Origin: Copranaerobaculum intestinale | GTDB taxonomy: Bacteria > Bacillota_I > Bacilli_A > Erysipelotrichales > Erysipelotrichaceae | Length of the DNA stretch: 32,000 bases | Direction: 5' to 3' | Assembly (NCBI RefSeq): GCF_009831105.1 | Contig: NZ_WUUQ01000002.1 | Location: 270,001-302,000, forward strand | In this document: piece after piece, positions 16,859 through 26,042 of the stretch | Numbering within the stretch: position 1 is the stretch's first letter | Layout: each line of letters opens with the position of its first letter | Translations under genes and position numbers: made by a program | Notes under the pieces: generated by a model | Database searches by the model: none | Told to the model about the DNA's origin: nothing | The model's input: only the letters and a program-made list of their open reading frames with translations

Positions 16859-18711
16859 TGTTTTGCATCAGCGCGCCGAGGTTTGCTCAGCGGCTTTTCC
16901 TTATGTTCACTATTTTGTTTCATGCGCTGTGCCCGCTGCTGCTGCATCTGTGCCATGGCCTCTTTGGAATTTAAGATTACCGGTATCACGATCGGATTTC
17001 GGTGGGTCTTATTGTAGAGGAACGGCTCCAGTGAAGAGCGGATGGTATTCTTGATATCAGAGAAGGTTATACGCTGGGTCATCTTCTCTTTTAATGCATT
17101 GTAAACTACCATTTCAGCTTCTTTCAGCAGACCTTGAGAATCCTTGATAAAAACAAAGCCGCGGCTTACGATCACCGGTTTGCACAGTAGCTTATTCTCG
17201 CGGGAATCAATTGCTATGACAACTGATACCAATCCGTTGTCAGCTAATACTTTACGATCCTTTAAGACGGCGGTGGAAACCCCGCTGATATCATTTCCAT
17301 CAACATAAATATCATCAGCCGGAATACGGATACTGCTTTGGAAGACCTTGCCGTCGCGCATCAGCAGTACATCGCCGTTGGCACAAGTAAAGATATTCTC
17401 CGGTTTCACACCGGTTTCAATTGCGGTTTCCCGATGCTGGATCAGCATCTTGTATTCACCATGTACAGGCATAAAGTATTTCGGTTTGATCAACTGCAGC
17501 ATCAGCTTTTGTTCTTCCTGGGATGCATGCCCGGTCGTATGCAGATTGTTTAAAACAGATTTTGTCAAAACATTGGCACCGGCCTTAAACAATTTATTGA
17601 CAACCTGATTAACGCTTGCGCCGTTGCCCGGGATCGGGGATGAGGAGAAGACTACGGTATCACCCGGAATCAGCTTGATAAAACGATGCGTACCGCTGGC
17701 GATCCGTGACAGCGCGGCTAATGGCTCTCCTTGGGATCCGGTGCAGATGATACAAACCTTATCCGCTGGGGTATGCGCCAACTGCTCCGGCTTCAGGAAG
17801 TGTTCTTCACCGACCTTGATATTACCGAGCTTACGGCCGATTTGCACAACATTTTCCATACTGCGTCCGAACACTATAACCTTACGTCCGCAGGCTACCG
17901 CAGCTTCTAAAATTTGCTGAACGCGATGCACATTGCTGGCAAAGGTTGCTACGATCAAGCGTCCATTGGTTTTTCTGGTGATTTCCAGGATCATCTGTGC
18001 TACCTTTTTTTCGGAAATTGAGAAATCCTCAACTCCCGAATTGGTAGAATCACTCATCAAAAGAGTAATGCCGATCTGTCCCATATACGCCATGATTTGA
18101 TAATCCGCATTGGTTCCTACCGGAGTAAGATCAAACTTAAAATCTCCGGTTTCTACCACCCTGCCATTGGGGGTATTGATCAATACTCCTAGTGAATCAG
18201 GGATGGAATGCACGGTATTGAAAAACCCCACCGTGAAATGCTTCATATTGATCGAGCTGGAAGAATTGATCTCCCGAATTTTCACACTGCGCAGCATTCT
18301 GCGCTCCTCTAATTTCTTATTGATCAGTGCCACTGCAAATTTCGGAGCATAGATTGCTTCGATATCGACACTTTTCAAGAGAAAAGGTATCCCGCCGATA
18401 TGATCTTCATGACCATGCGTGATCACCAATACTTTTCTTTTATGATTATTTTTTACCAGATATCCGAAATCTGGGATCACATAATCAACACCGAGCAAAT
18501 TCTCTTCAGGGAAATGAACTCCGGCATCAATGATAAGAATTTCATTTTCGTGTTCAAAACAGTACATGTTTTTACCGATTTCACCTAACCCTCCTAAGGC
18601 ATAGATCATCGTATCTGTACGTTTATGAAGTATTTTATGATTATCATTTATTTCCTTATTAATTCCTTGATGTTTACTTCGCGGTGCGCTTTTTTTGTTT
18701 GTAACTGTCAT
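16840..18711 (-). CDS. rnj: Ribonuclease J (beta-CASP metallo-beta-lactamase RNase) with basic N- and C-terminal extensions
   Basis: Contains ALGGLGEIGKNMY, HGHEDHIGG and beta-CASP/C-terminal domains. 623 aa against about 555 typical. SD AAAGGAG precedes the ATG at 18711, supporting the N-terminal extension. Confidence 0.93.
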   Translation of the reverse strand: MTVTNKKSAPRSKHQGINKEINDNHKILHKRTDTMIYALGGLGEIGKNMYCFEHENEILIIDAGVHFPEENLLGVDYVIPDFGYLVKNNHKRKVLVITHGHEDHIGGIPFLLKSVDIEAIYAPKFAVALINKKLEERRMLRSVKIREINSSSSINMKHFTVGFFNTVHSIPDSLGVLINTPNGRVVETGDFKFDLTPVGTNADYQIMAYMGQIGITLLMSDSTNSGVEDFSISEKKVAQMILEITRKTNGRLIVATFASNVHRVQQILEAAVACGRKVIVFGRSMENVVQIGRKLGNIKVGEEHFLKPEQLAHTPADKVCIICTGSQGEPLAALSRIASGTHRFIKLIPGDTVVFSSSPIPGNGASVNQVVNKLFKAGANVLTKSVLNNLHTTGHASQEEQKLMLQLIKPKYFMPVHGEYKMLIQHRETAIETGVKPENIFTCANGDVLLMRDGKVFQSSIRIPADDIYVDGNDISGVSTAVLKDRKVLADNGLVSVVIAIDSRENKLLCKPVIVSRGFVFIKDSQGLLKEAEMVVYNALKEKMTQRITFSDIKNTIRSSLEPFLYNKTHRNPIVIPVILNSKEAMAQMQQQRAQRMKQNSEHKEKPLSKPRRADAKQAKPAQ

Positions 18712-18757
18712 TATAAACTCCTTTCTGTAATAATCAGCACCTTATCTAACTATTTCT

Positions 18758-18766
18758 ATTATAGCA
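18758..18766 (-). promoter_or_regulatory. Extended -10 promoter of rnj
   Basis: TGcTATAAT on the minus strand (18766-18758), between the def terminator and the rnj SD. Confidence 0.35.
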
Positions 18767-18784
18767 TAAGCCAAATTGTTTAAA

Positions 18785-18816
18785 CATAAAAACGCTGTCC
18801 GTTATATTACGACAGC
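18785..18816 (-). terminator. Intrinsic terminator of def
   Basis: In minus-strand RNA: GCUGUC (18816-18811), a loop containing the def stop (18804-18802), GACAGC (18799-18794), then GUUUUUAUGUUU. Confidence 0.55.
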
Positions 18817-19356
18817 ATTTTCGTCTTCCTTCCACGGATCAAATTGATCGATATGGTCATAAAACAAGACACCACTTAAATGATCGATTTCATGCTGTAA
18901 AACGATGGCTTCATATCCTTTGGCACGAATCGTAACGAATTCATCACGCAGTGCATCATATGCCTTTACGGTAATGCGGGCGTGTCGGAACACATGTCCA
19001 ACATGTTCATCCTCTACCGATAAACAGCCTTCACCGTTTTCTAAGTAGGAATTCTGTACGGAATGGGATACAATACGCGGATTGATCAGGGCATGCTCGA
19101 TCTTTGTATCGTCATCCAAATCAATGGCGATCGCCACCATTTGTTTCAGCACACCGACCTGTACGGCCGCAATACCGACTGCCGGCCGCAGGTTATCCTG
19201 CTCGCACAGCTCTGGATCATGGGAATTTTTTACATAGGTCAGCATGTCCATGATCAGCTCTCTATCTTGATCGGAAAGCGGAAGCTCCACTTTCTGAGAA
19301 GTTTTTCTCATAACCGGGTCATTATCTTTAACCACAACATCCATATTTATTTTCAT
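18802..19356 (-). CDS. def: Peptide deformylase
   Basis: Motifs GIAAVQVG, EGCLS and HEIDH. ATG 19356 has a perfect SD (GGAAGGAGG, 7-nt spacing); the ORF-track start at 19401 is an upstream extension. Confidence 0.93.
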   Translation of the reverse strand: MKINMDVVVKDNDPVMRKTSQKVELPLSDQDRELIMDMLTYVKNSHDPELCEQDNLRPAVGIAAVQVGVLKQMVAIAIDLDDDTKIEHALINPRIVSHSVQNSYLENGEGCLSVEDEHVGHVFRHARITVKAYDALRDEFVTIRAKGYEAIVLQHEIDHLSGVLFYDHIDQFDPWKEDENAVVI

Positions 19357-19489
19357 AGATAACCTCCTTCCTCTGTAAACTCTATTCTTTATTCTAAACA
19401 ATTTTTTTAAATAAAGAAAGTATTTTCATCTTCTTATTTAAAAAAACTATGAAATTGTGTAAAATAGAAAAAGATTAGGAGCGATGTGG

Positions 19490-20683
19490 ATGAAGGACAA
19501 AAAAGTAAAGCTTGCCCTGCGAATGCCGGCAAAATATGATTTCTGGCTGCACCTCTCCATGCTGGTGCTGATCGCATTTGGATCGCTGATGATCATGTCG
19601 GCTTCGCTGGGGGAATCCGGTAAAAATTCCTTAGTGGTTTATACGACCGCCATTAAGCAGTTTGCTTTCGTGCTGCTCAGCTATTTTGTTATGTTGTTTC
19701 TGGCCAACCATTTCACGATGGTAAAAGCCCGCAAATACGGTCGGCCGATTGGGATCATCCTATTTTTGGTTCTGCTCTCCACATTGTTTTTCACCGATAA
19801 CGGGACCGGCTCTCACGCATGGATCATCGTACCGCTTCCGTTTGTATCCTTTACCATCCAGCCGTCTGAATTTGTCAAAGTATTTTTGATTGTTATGATG
19901 GCTGTATCGATTGAGGTAACCGGACGGCGCAATTTTAGTATCTGGACCATTGTGAAGGTACCGGTGTTGTTTTTTCTGGCCTATGCGGCAGTGATTTTGC
20001 AGCAGCCGGATTTCGGTACGCTCGCGATCATTGTCATTATATGCGGGGTTTGTTTTTTGATTCCCAGTCATGTGAACTTGCGGAAATGGCAGAAATATGA
20101 AAAATTTTTAATTGTGCTGGGCTTTGCGGCACTGATCTTTTTGATGTCGAATGCCGGTTCGGGACTGCTGGAAAAGCTGCCGTTTGTCGGTTATCAGGTA
20201 AAGCGTTTTGAAATGAGCTTAGATCCGTTTGTATCGCCGTTCGGTGATGGTTACCAGCTGATCAATGGATTATATGCGATTGTGCACGGCGGCATTCTCG
20301 GAGTAGGGTTTGCCCAGTCTTCGCAGAAGTGGGGCTTCTTAACGCAGGCCAATTCGGACTATATCATGGCGATTACGATTGAAGAACTCGGCATTTTTGG
20401 ATTGCTGATCGTAGTAATCGGCTATGTGATCATATTACAGCGATTGTTTCATTATGCATTTCTCACGAAGAGTGAGGGTTATAAGATCATTTTAATTGGT
20501 ACTGCAATGTATATCTTTGTTCATTTCGCTCTCAATGTCGGCGGGATCAGCGGGATGATTCCGCTGACTGGTGTTCCGCTGCTGTTTATTTCAAGCGGTG
20601 GATCTTCACTCATATCGATCATGGCGGCCATTGGCATTTCCCAGGCGGTCATATCTCGCATTCGCCGTCAGGAGAACGGATAA
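19490..20683 (+). CDS. FtsW/RodA/SpoVE-family (SEDS) peptidoglycan glycosyltransferase
   Basis: About 10 predicted TM helices with SEDS-like motifs (QPSEFVK; DFGT; PLTGVPLLFISSGGSS). ATG 19490 lies 8 nt after AGGAG; ATG 19484 is too close to it. Confidence 0.88.
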   Translation: MKDKKVKLALRMPAKYDFWLHLSMLVLIAFGSLMIMSASLGESGKNSLVVYTTAIKQFAFVLLSYFVMLFLANHFTMVKARKYGRPIGIILFLVLLSTLFFTDNGTGSHAWIIVPLPFVSFTIQPSEFVKVFLIVMMAVSIEVTGRRNFSIWTIVKVPVLFFLAYAAVILQQPDFGTLAIIVIICGVCFLIPSHVNLRKWQKYEKFLIVLGFAALIFLMSNAGSGLLEKLPFVGYQVKRFEMSLDPFVSPFGDGYQLINGLYAIVHGGILGVGFAQSSQKWGFLTQANSDYIMAITIEELGIFGLLIVVIGYVIILQRLFHYAFLTKSEGYKIILIGTAMYIFVHFALNVGGISGMIPLTGVPLLFISSGGSSLISIMAAIGISQAVISRIRRQENG

Positions 20684-20686
20684 AGT

Positions 20687-20714
20687 AAAAGAACTCCGGA
20701 CACGGAGTTCTTTT
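20687..20714 (+). terminator. Intrinsic terminator of the SEDS gene
   Basis: AGAACTCCG-gaca-CGGAGTTCT is a perfect 9-bp stem with an A-run before it and TTTT after it. Confidence 0.8.
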
Positions 20715-20818
20715 AGAAAGGGAAGAGGAGAAACAAAGATTGGGGGGTTAGCATCTTTACCAGATGCATTCTTAATGTACCCCGTTAAAACCGCTTTATA
20801 CATAAGGAGTTGAAAAAA

Positions 20819-21385
20819 ATGCGAATTGTTGCAGGAAAGTATCGGTCACGTCCAATCAAAAGTGTACCAGGTGAGCATACCCGTCCCACTGCGGATAAGA
20901 TCAAGGGAGCAATTTTCTCAAGAATCGGACCTTATTTCGAAGGGGGAAGGATGTTGGATTTATTTTCAGGCAGCGGTAATATGGGATTGGAATCACTGTC
21001 ACGGGGAATGGATCATGTGGTTTTCTGCGATCACAATCATCATTCAATTCGCGTAATCAAGGAGAATATACATGCGCTGCGGGCTGACGGTGAGAGCGCA
21101 GTATGGAAATTGGATTATCGACAGGCATTGCGGCGCTGTTATGAGGAACATTTATGTTTTGATTTGATTTTTTTGGATCCTCCCTATGCTTTAGAGAATA
21201 AAGCGGACATTTTAAATCAAATCAGCAGCCTTGGACTGCTGAAGCAGGACGGCAATTTGATTTTTGAAACGGCGAAAACGGAAATTCTGCCGAATGAGAT
21301 ACATCATATCAAGCAGGTAAAATGTGCCGAATATGGAATTACTAAAATTACATACTATCAAAACGAGGTGAAAGAAGATGCATAA
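20819..21385 (+). CDS. rsmD: 16S rRNA (guanine966-N2)-methyltransferase
   Basis: Starts MRIVAGKYRSR, with the SAM motif LDLFSGSGNMGLE and the DPPY motif. AAGGAG lies 9 nt upstream of ATG 20819. Its end overlaps coaD (ATGCATAA). Confidence 0.9.
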   Translation: MRIVAGKYRSRPIKSVPGEHTRPTADKIKGAIFSRIGPYFEGGRMLDLFSGSGNMGLESLSRGMDHVVFCDHNHHSIRVIKENIHALRADGESAVWKLDYRQALRRCYEEHLCFDLIFLDPPYALENKADILNQISSLGLLKQDGNLIFETAKTEILPNEIHHIKQVKCAEYGITKITYYQNEVKEDA

Positions 21386-21875
21386 AACAGCGATATATCC
21401 GGGAACCTTTGATCCGATAACCAAGGGTCACATCGATGTTATTCAGCGCAGCGCCGCGATTTTTGATGAAGTGATTGTCGTGATTATGGATAATGCGGCC
21501 AAGCAGTGTCTGTTTACGGAAACTGAGCGGCTGCTGATGATCCAGGACGCATGCAGAGAAATACCCAATGTGAAAACTGATGTCGGTACGGGGCTGAGCG
21601 TGCATTATGCTAAGGAGCATGGCGCTCAGATCATGATAAGAGGTATCCGCGAGGTACTGGATTATGAATATGAGCTAAAGACAGCGACGGCTAATATGTG
21701 GCTGGCACCGGAAATTGAGACGATGTTTTTGCTGAGCCGGTCGGAATTTGCTTTTCTGTCTTCCAGTGCGGTAAAAGAAATTGCCATGTATACCGATCAT
21801 TTAGAAGAATTTGTAACCCCGCTCACAGCCAAGAAACTAAAAGAAAAATTTCATTCTGACCAAAAACACGAGTAA
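21378..21875 (+). CDS. coaD: Phosphopantetheine adenylyltransferase
   Basis: Contains AIYPGTFDPITKGHIDVI (T/HxGH nucleotidyltransferase motif) and the ISSS-type motif (LSSSAVKEI). The rsmD-coaD pairing is conserved. Confidence 0.95.
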   Translation: MHKTAIYPGTFDPITKGHIDVIQRSAAIFDEVIVVIMDNAAKQCLFTETERLLMIQDACREIPNVKTDVGTGLSVHYAKEHGAQIMIRGIREVLDYEYELKTATANMWLAPEIETMFLLSRSEFAFLSSSAVKEIAMYTDHLEEFVTPLTAKKLKEKFHSDQKHE

Positions 21876-21886
21876 TCGTGTTTTTT
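21862..21886 (+). terminator. Intrinsic terminator of rsmD-coaD
   Basis: AAAAACACGA-gtaa-TCGTGTTTTTT, with the coaD TAA stop (21873-21875) inside the loop. Confidence 0.75.
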
Positions 21887-21946
21887 ATTGCTTTTGGATA
21901 CTTTGGATAAGATATCTGATCGATGAATTCTATTCAGGTAAAGACA

Positions 21947-21992
21947 GCAAACATAAATAATGTTTGCAATTTATTACCATTTTTTATACAAT
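21947..21992 (+). promoter_or_regulatory. Promoter of the YeiH-family gene with an overlapping inverted repeat (putative operator)
   Basis: TTGCAA (21964-21969), 17 nt, then TACAAT (21987-21992). The perfect 8-bp inverted repeat GCAAACAT-aaata-ATGTTTGC (21947-21967) overlaps the -35. Confidence 0.4.
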
Positions 21993-22023
21993 GGAATGGT
22001 TTTGTAAGGAAGGATATGGAAGT

Positions 22024-23040
22024 ATGGAAAAATGGAAACAACGAATACCCGGTATTATAGTATGTTTGGTGATCGCGGTTCCGGCTTGGTTTCTTGGACG
22101 GAAGCTGCCGCTGATCGGTGGTCCGGTATTCGCGATTTTGTTTGGCATGGTGATTGCGCTGATCAAGCGTCCCAGCGCTGAGATTGAAATAGGAGTAAAG
22201 TACACAAGCAAAGCTCTGCTTCAAATTTCAATCATATTATTAGGCTTTGAAATGAATCTTTACAATGTTATTGAGGTTGGTCAGCAATCTCTGGTAGTCA
22301 TGCTGTTCACGCTGACATCGGCATTTTTAACTGCTTATTTTGTCGGTAAGCTGATGAAGCTTGAAAGTAAGACAACTACGCTGATCGGCGTTGGTACCTG
22401 TATTTGCGGCGGCTCGGCGATCGCTGCGACAGCACCGGTCATTCAGGCGGAGGACGATGAAGTGGCACAGGCTATTTCAACGATTTTTTTGTTTAATATT
22501 GCGGCGGTATTTCTTTTTCCGGCCCTTGGACACCTGTTGGGACTGAGTGATACGGGATTTGGTATGTGGGCCGGTACTGCGATCAACGATACATCCAGTG
22601 TGGTAGCGGCCGGCGCTTCTTGGAGCGCAGCGGCAGGCAACAACCTTGCGTTATCGCTGGCAACGATCGTTAAGCTGACCCGCACCCTAATGATCGTTCC
22701 GATTACCTTTGTGCTTGCTGTATATACTTCAAGTAAAGCAAAAAAGGCTGCCGAACCAGGAAGTAATTTTAATATTATGAAAATATTTCCTTGGTTTGTC
22801 ATCGGTTTTATCCTCGCGGCGATCATAAATACCTTTGTACCGATGCCAAAGGGCTTGAGCCCTAATCTAGTGATGATCGGTAAGTTTATGATCGTTATGG
22901 CAATGGCCGCAATCGGCTTGAATACCGATTTGAAAAAGCTGATTACCAACGGTATGAAGCCGATCGGTTTAGGACTATGCTGCTGGTTTGCTGTGGCTGT
23001 TGTGGCTTTGATCGTTCAATCCTTTATGGGAACATTATAA
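22024..23040 (+). CDS. YeiH/UPF0324-family integral membrane protein (putative sulfate exporter family)
   Basis: Polytopic membrane protein of about 338 aa with family-like segments (GGSAIAATAPV; GTAINDTSSVVAAG). ATG 22024 follows AAGGAAGGA; the earlier in-frame ATG 21964 lies inside the promoter. Confidence 0.85.
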   Translation: MEKWKQRIPGIIVCLVIAVPAWFLGRKLPLIGGPVFAILFGMVIALIKRPSAEIEIGVKYTSKALLQISIILLGFEMNLYNVIEVGQQSLVVMLFTLTSAFLTAYFVGKLMKLESKTTTLIGVGTCICGGSAIAATAPVIQAEDDEVAQAISTIFLFNIAAVFLFPALGHLLGLSDTGFGMWAGTAINDTSSVVAAGASWSAAAGNNLALSLATIVKLTRTLMIVPITFVLAVYTSSKAKKAAEPGSNFNIMKIFPWFVIGFILAAIINTFVPMPKGLSPNLVMIGKFMIVMAMAAIGLNTDLKKLITNGMKPIGLGLCCWFAVAVVALIVQSFMGTL

Positions 23041-23053
23041 AATATATGATTCC

Positions 23054-23099
23054 AAAATATACCCTCTTTACCGATTAACCCGATAAAGAGGGTATTTTT
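23054..23099 (+). terminator. Intrinsic terminator of the YeiH-family gene
   Basis: ATACCCTCTTTACCG / CGATAAAGAGGGTAT form 14 of 15 bp with a 7-nt loop, flanked by AAAA and TTTTT. Confidence 0.85.
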
Positions 23100-23493
23100 A
23101 TATAGGATGCTTGGGGATAAAACTTGTATCGTTAGACCTCTGTACTGATATCCTGCTTGTAACAGCTGCAAATTTTGATATGAGGATAAGTGCTGGGTAG
23201 AAATTGATCAACTTGCTGATTAAGAGACAAACGGTATAAAATTATCATAAGGTTTTAATTCCCGATCAGAAACTTGAAATTAACATGTAAAATAAACAGA
23301 TTTCCTTTATAATAGGAATAGAGGTTTAACGTATCGACATATGGAAATTCGCAGCACCCGCAAGTATGATCAATGGCAAGAAAGCTTTTATCAGATTTCT
23401 GTGAAAATTGTAGTATGAAGAAATTGCACAGAATTTGTTCATAAAACAATAAATAAGCAGGATATTTCAAACATATAGTAAGTTGAGGTGAAA

Positions 23494-24648
23494 ATGATGA
23501 AAATAAGAAAAGAAATCATGGAATTGCTTCCGGAAGTGAAGCATAACCGCCGAGAGCTGCATCAGATACCAGAGATCGGTTTGGCTACGATAAAGACAAA
23601 GGAGTATTTGATTGAACAGCTGAGCGGTTATGGTGTTGATGAAATAAAGACCGGTTATGCAGAAAATGGATTTGCCGTATGGGTGCAGGGACAAAGCAGA
23701 GACGCGGTAGGTTTTCGCAGTGACATGGATGCCCTGCCGATTCAGGAAGAAACTACAGTCGCTTTCAAAAGTCATCATGAAGGAAATATGCACGCCTGTG
23801 GTCATGACGGTCATATGGCAAATATGCTGGCTTTGTGCCATTATATATGCAAGCACAAGAAACAGCTCAAGCAAAGTGTTTTGTTTATCTTCCAGCCCGG
23901 TGAGGAAGGGGATGGGGGAGCACGCCGTATGATCGATCAGGGACTGTTTCGGGATTATCCGATCCAACAGGTTTTCGGAACTCATTTGGTCGGCGATCTT
24001 CCCAAAGGCAAGATTGGATGTAAAGCTGGTCCGTTCATGGCACGAAACGGAGAAATTACGATCAAACTGTATGGACAAAGCGCTCACGGTGCTCAGCCGC
24101 ATACCGGTAATGATATGAGCATTGCGATGAGCAGTCTGCTGCTTCAGCTTCAAACGATCGTATCGCGTAATATGGATCCGCTTCATAATACCGTCATCAC
24201 CTTTGGTGAAATTCATTGCGGACAGGTAAGCAATGTTATTGCCGATCACGCGATCATGCGGGGGACAATGCGTTCCTTTACGGATGCGATGTATGAGAAA
24301 ATGAAAATCAGAATGCAACAGATCTGCGATGGAATTGCGGAGAGCTTTCAATGTAAGGCGGAATTGTATATCGAGGACTGTTATCATGTAGTAGATAATG
24401 ATGAAACCTTAAATGAATTATTGAAACAGGTATGCGGGGATGATTATCTGGAAATTGAACCACGGATGATCAGTGAGGATTTCAGTGATTATCAGCGGGA
24501 AGTTCCGGGGTTGTTCTATTTTACTGGAATTCAGGATGAGCGATACAATAAGAATATTCATGACTGTCAGTTTGATTTTGATGAAGCGGCGCTGTTAACC
24601 AGTGTTGAAGTCAATGTCCGGCTGCTGGAGGCCATGCATATTTTATAA
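23494..24648 (+). CDS. M20D-family amidohydrolase (N-acyl-amino-acid / N-acetyl-diaminopimelate deacetylase-like)
   Basis: Contains RRELHQIPEIG, HACGHDGH and FQPGEEG. SD GAGGTG lies at 23485-23490, with ATG at 23494 or 23497. It is the first gene of a tight three-gene operon. Confidence 0.88.
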   Translation: MMKIRKEIMELLPEVKHNRRELHQIPEIGLATIKTKEYLIEQLSGYGVDEIKTGYAENGFAVWVQGQSRDAVGFRSDMDALPIQEETTVAFKSHHEGNMHACGHDGHMANMLALCHYICKHKKQLKQSVLFIFQPGEEGDGGARRMIDQGLFRDYPIQQVFGTHLVGDLPKGKIGCKAGPFMARNGEITIKLYGQSAHGAQPHTGNDMSIAMSSLLLQLQTIVSRNMDPLHNTVITFGEIHCGQVSNVIADHAIMRGTMRSFTDAMYEKMKIRMQQICDGIAESFQCKAELYIEDCYHVVDNDETLNELLKQVCGDDYLEIEPRMISEDFSDYQREVPGLFYFTGIQDERYNKNIHDCQFDFDEAALLTSVEVNVRLLEAMHIL

Positions 24649-24661
24649 AAGGAATGATAAT

Positions 24662-26032
24662 ATGGATATAAAAATGCTTGTGGAAACGCAGCGAGCCTAT
24701 TTTAAAACACATCAAACCAAAGGCTATGCATTTCGCATGGCCGCTTTAAAACGTCTGGAAGAATGGATCACGCATCATGAAGATGCTATATCCGCAGCGC
24801 TGAAAGCGGATCTGAAGAAAGCGGAAATGGAGAGCTATTTCAGTGAGATCGGTATGGTGAAAAGTGAGCTGAGAGAGGCTCAGAAGCACTTGAAAAAATG
24901 GATGAAAAAGAAATATGTGACAACGCCGCTGGCGCAGTTTAAAGCCCGCAGCTATATTCTGCAGGAACCTTATGGTAATGTATTGATTATGTCACCTTGG
25001 AATTATCCGTTTTTATTAAGCATCGATCCGCTGATCGGTGCGATTGCGGCCGGAAATTGTGCGATTGTCAAGCCTTCCGCTTACGCTCCTGCCGTCTCGC
25101 ATGTGATTGCGGAAATGATGACTGCTTGCTTCGATGAAGCATATGTCGCAGTTGTGGAGGGCGGTCGCACAGAGAATACAGCGCTGTTGGATCAGCGGTT
25201 TGATTTAATTTTTTTTACCGGCAGTGTGAACGTAGGAAAACTGGTAATGGAGAAAGCGAGTCGTTATGCAACACCGGTTGTATTAGAGCTGGGCGGTAAG
25301 AGCCCGTGTATTGTTGATCATAGCGATCATCTTGAGCTTGCGGCAAAGCGGATTGCATTCGGTAAATTTCTTAACAGCGGTCAAACCTGCGTTGCCCCCG
25401 ACTATGTATTGGTGCAGCACAGTCTCTATGAACCGCTCTGTAGATGTTTGAAAAAGGAAATAGGTAATTTCTTTGGCAGCGATCCTCTGTTAAGCAAGGA
25501 GCTTCCCAAAATCATAAATGAACGGCATTTTCATAGACTATGTCATCTCCTGGATGCAGAACCGCATGTGATCGGCGGAAAACGAAATCTGGAAACATTG
25601 CAGATTGAACCGACCATTGCGGATGTCTGCACGTTTGATTCCGCCTTGATGCAGGAAGAGATATTCGGGCCGATTCTGCCGGTGATCGCATATGAAAAGC
25701 TTGATGAAGCCATCGGGTATATTCGCGAACATGATAAGCCTTTGGCATTATATCTGTTCAGCGATGATGCGAATACGGTTGATCGAGTGCTGAAGGAATG
25801 CAGCTTTGGCGGCGGCTGCATCAATGATACGATTATCCATCTGGCATCCTCAAAGCTGCCGTTTGGTGGCGTCGGTGCAAGCGGAATGGGACATTATCAC
25901 GGATATTACAGCTTTGAAGCTTTCTCACATGCGAAAAGCATCGTTGATAAAGCGGTATGGATCGATATTCCTTTACGATATCATCCATATACAAAGAAAA
26001 AAGAAAAATGGATTCGACGGTTTATGAAATAG
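24662..26032 (+). CDS. NAD(P)+-dependent aldehyde dehydrogenase (class-3-like)
   Basis: Contains VLELGGKSP (the catalytic Glu motif), GQTCVAPDY (catalytic Cys) and EEIFGPILP. It starts 13 nt after the amidohydrolase stop. Confidence 0.92.
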   Translation: MDIKMLVETQRAYFKTHQTKGYAFRMAALKRLEEWITHHEDAISAALKADLKKAEMESYFSEIGMVKSELREAQKHLKKWMKKKYVTTPLAQFKARSYILQEPYGNVLIMSPWNYPFLLSIDPLIGAIAAGNCAIVKPSAYAPAVSHVIAEMMTACFDEAYVAVVEGGRTENTALLDQRFDLIFFTGSVNVGKLVMEKASRYATPVVLELGGKSPCIVDHSDHLELAAKRIAFGKFLNSGQTCVAPDYVLVQHSLYEPLCRCLKKEIGNFFGSDPLLSKELPKIINERHFHRLCHLLDAEPHVIGGKRNLETLQIEPTIADVCTFDSALMQEEIFGPILPVIAYEKLDEAIGYIREHDKPLALYLFSDDANTVDRVLKECSFGGGCINDTIIHLASSKLPFGGVGASGMGHYHGYYSFEAFSHAKSIVDKAVWIDIPLRYHPYTKKKEKWIRRFMK

Positions 26033-26042
26033 AGGTGAGCAA

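Noticed and set aside
16785-17054. 89-aa plus-strand ORF
   Set aside because: It starts inside the dapH 3' end, crosses the bidirectional terminator and is antisense to rnj.
22443-22949. 168-aa minus-strand ORF
   Set aside because: It is antisense to the YeiH-family membrane protein gene. It has no SD and its hydrophobic repeats only mirror the sense frame.
23341-23418. 25-codon ORF (MEIRSTRKYDQWQESFYQISVKIVV) in the amidohydrolase upstream spacer
   Set aside because: The nearest GAGG is 16 nt from the ATG, too far to serve as an SD. It has no other support and is mentioned only under the leader finding.
23255-23470. 71-aa minus-strand ORF in the same spacer
   Set aside because: It has a TTG start without an SD, its composition is AT-driven and Phe/Leu/Tyr-rich, and it would read into the divergent promoter area.
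23467-24387. 306-aa ORF on the minus strand
   Set aside because: It is entirely antisense to the M20D amidohydrolase, whose frame carries conserved catalytic motifs. The minus ORF has no SD, odd composition and no recognisable motif.
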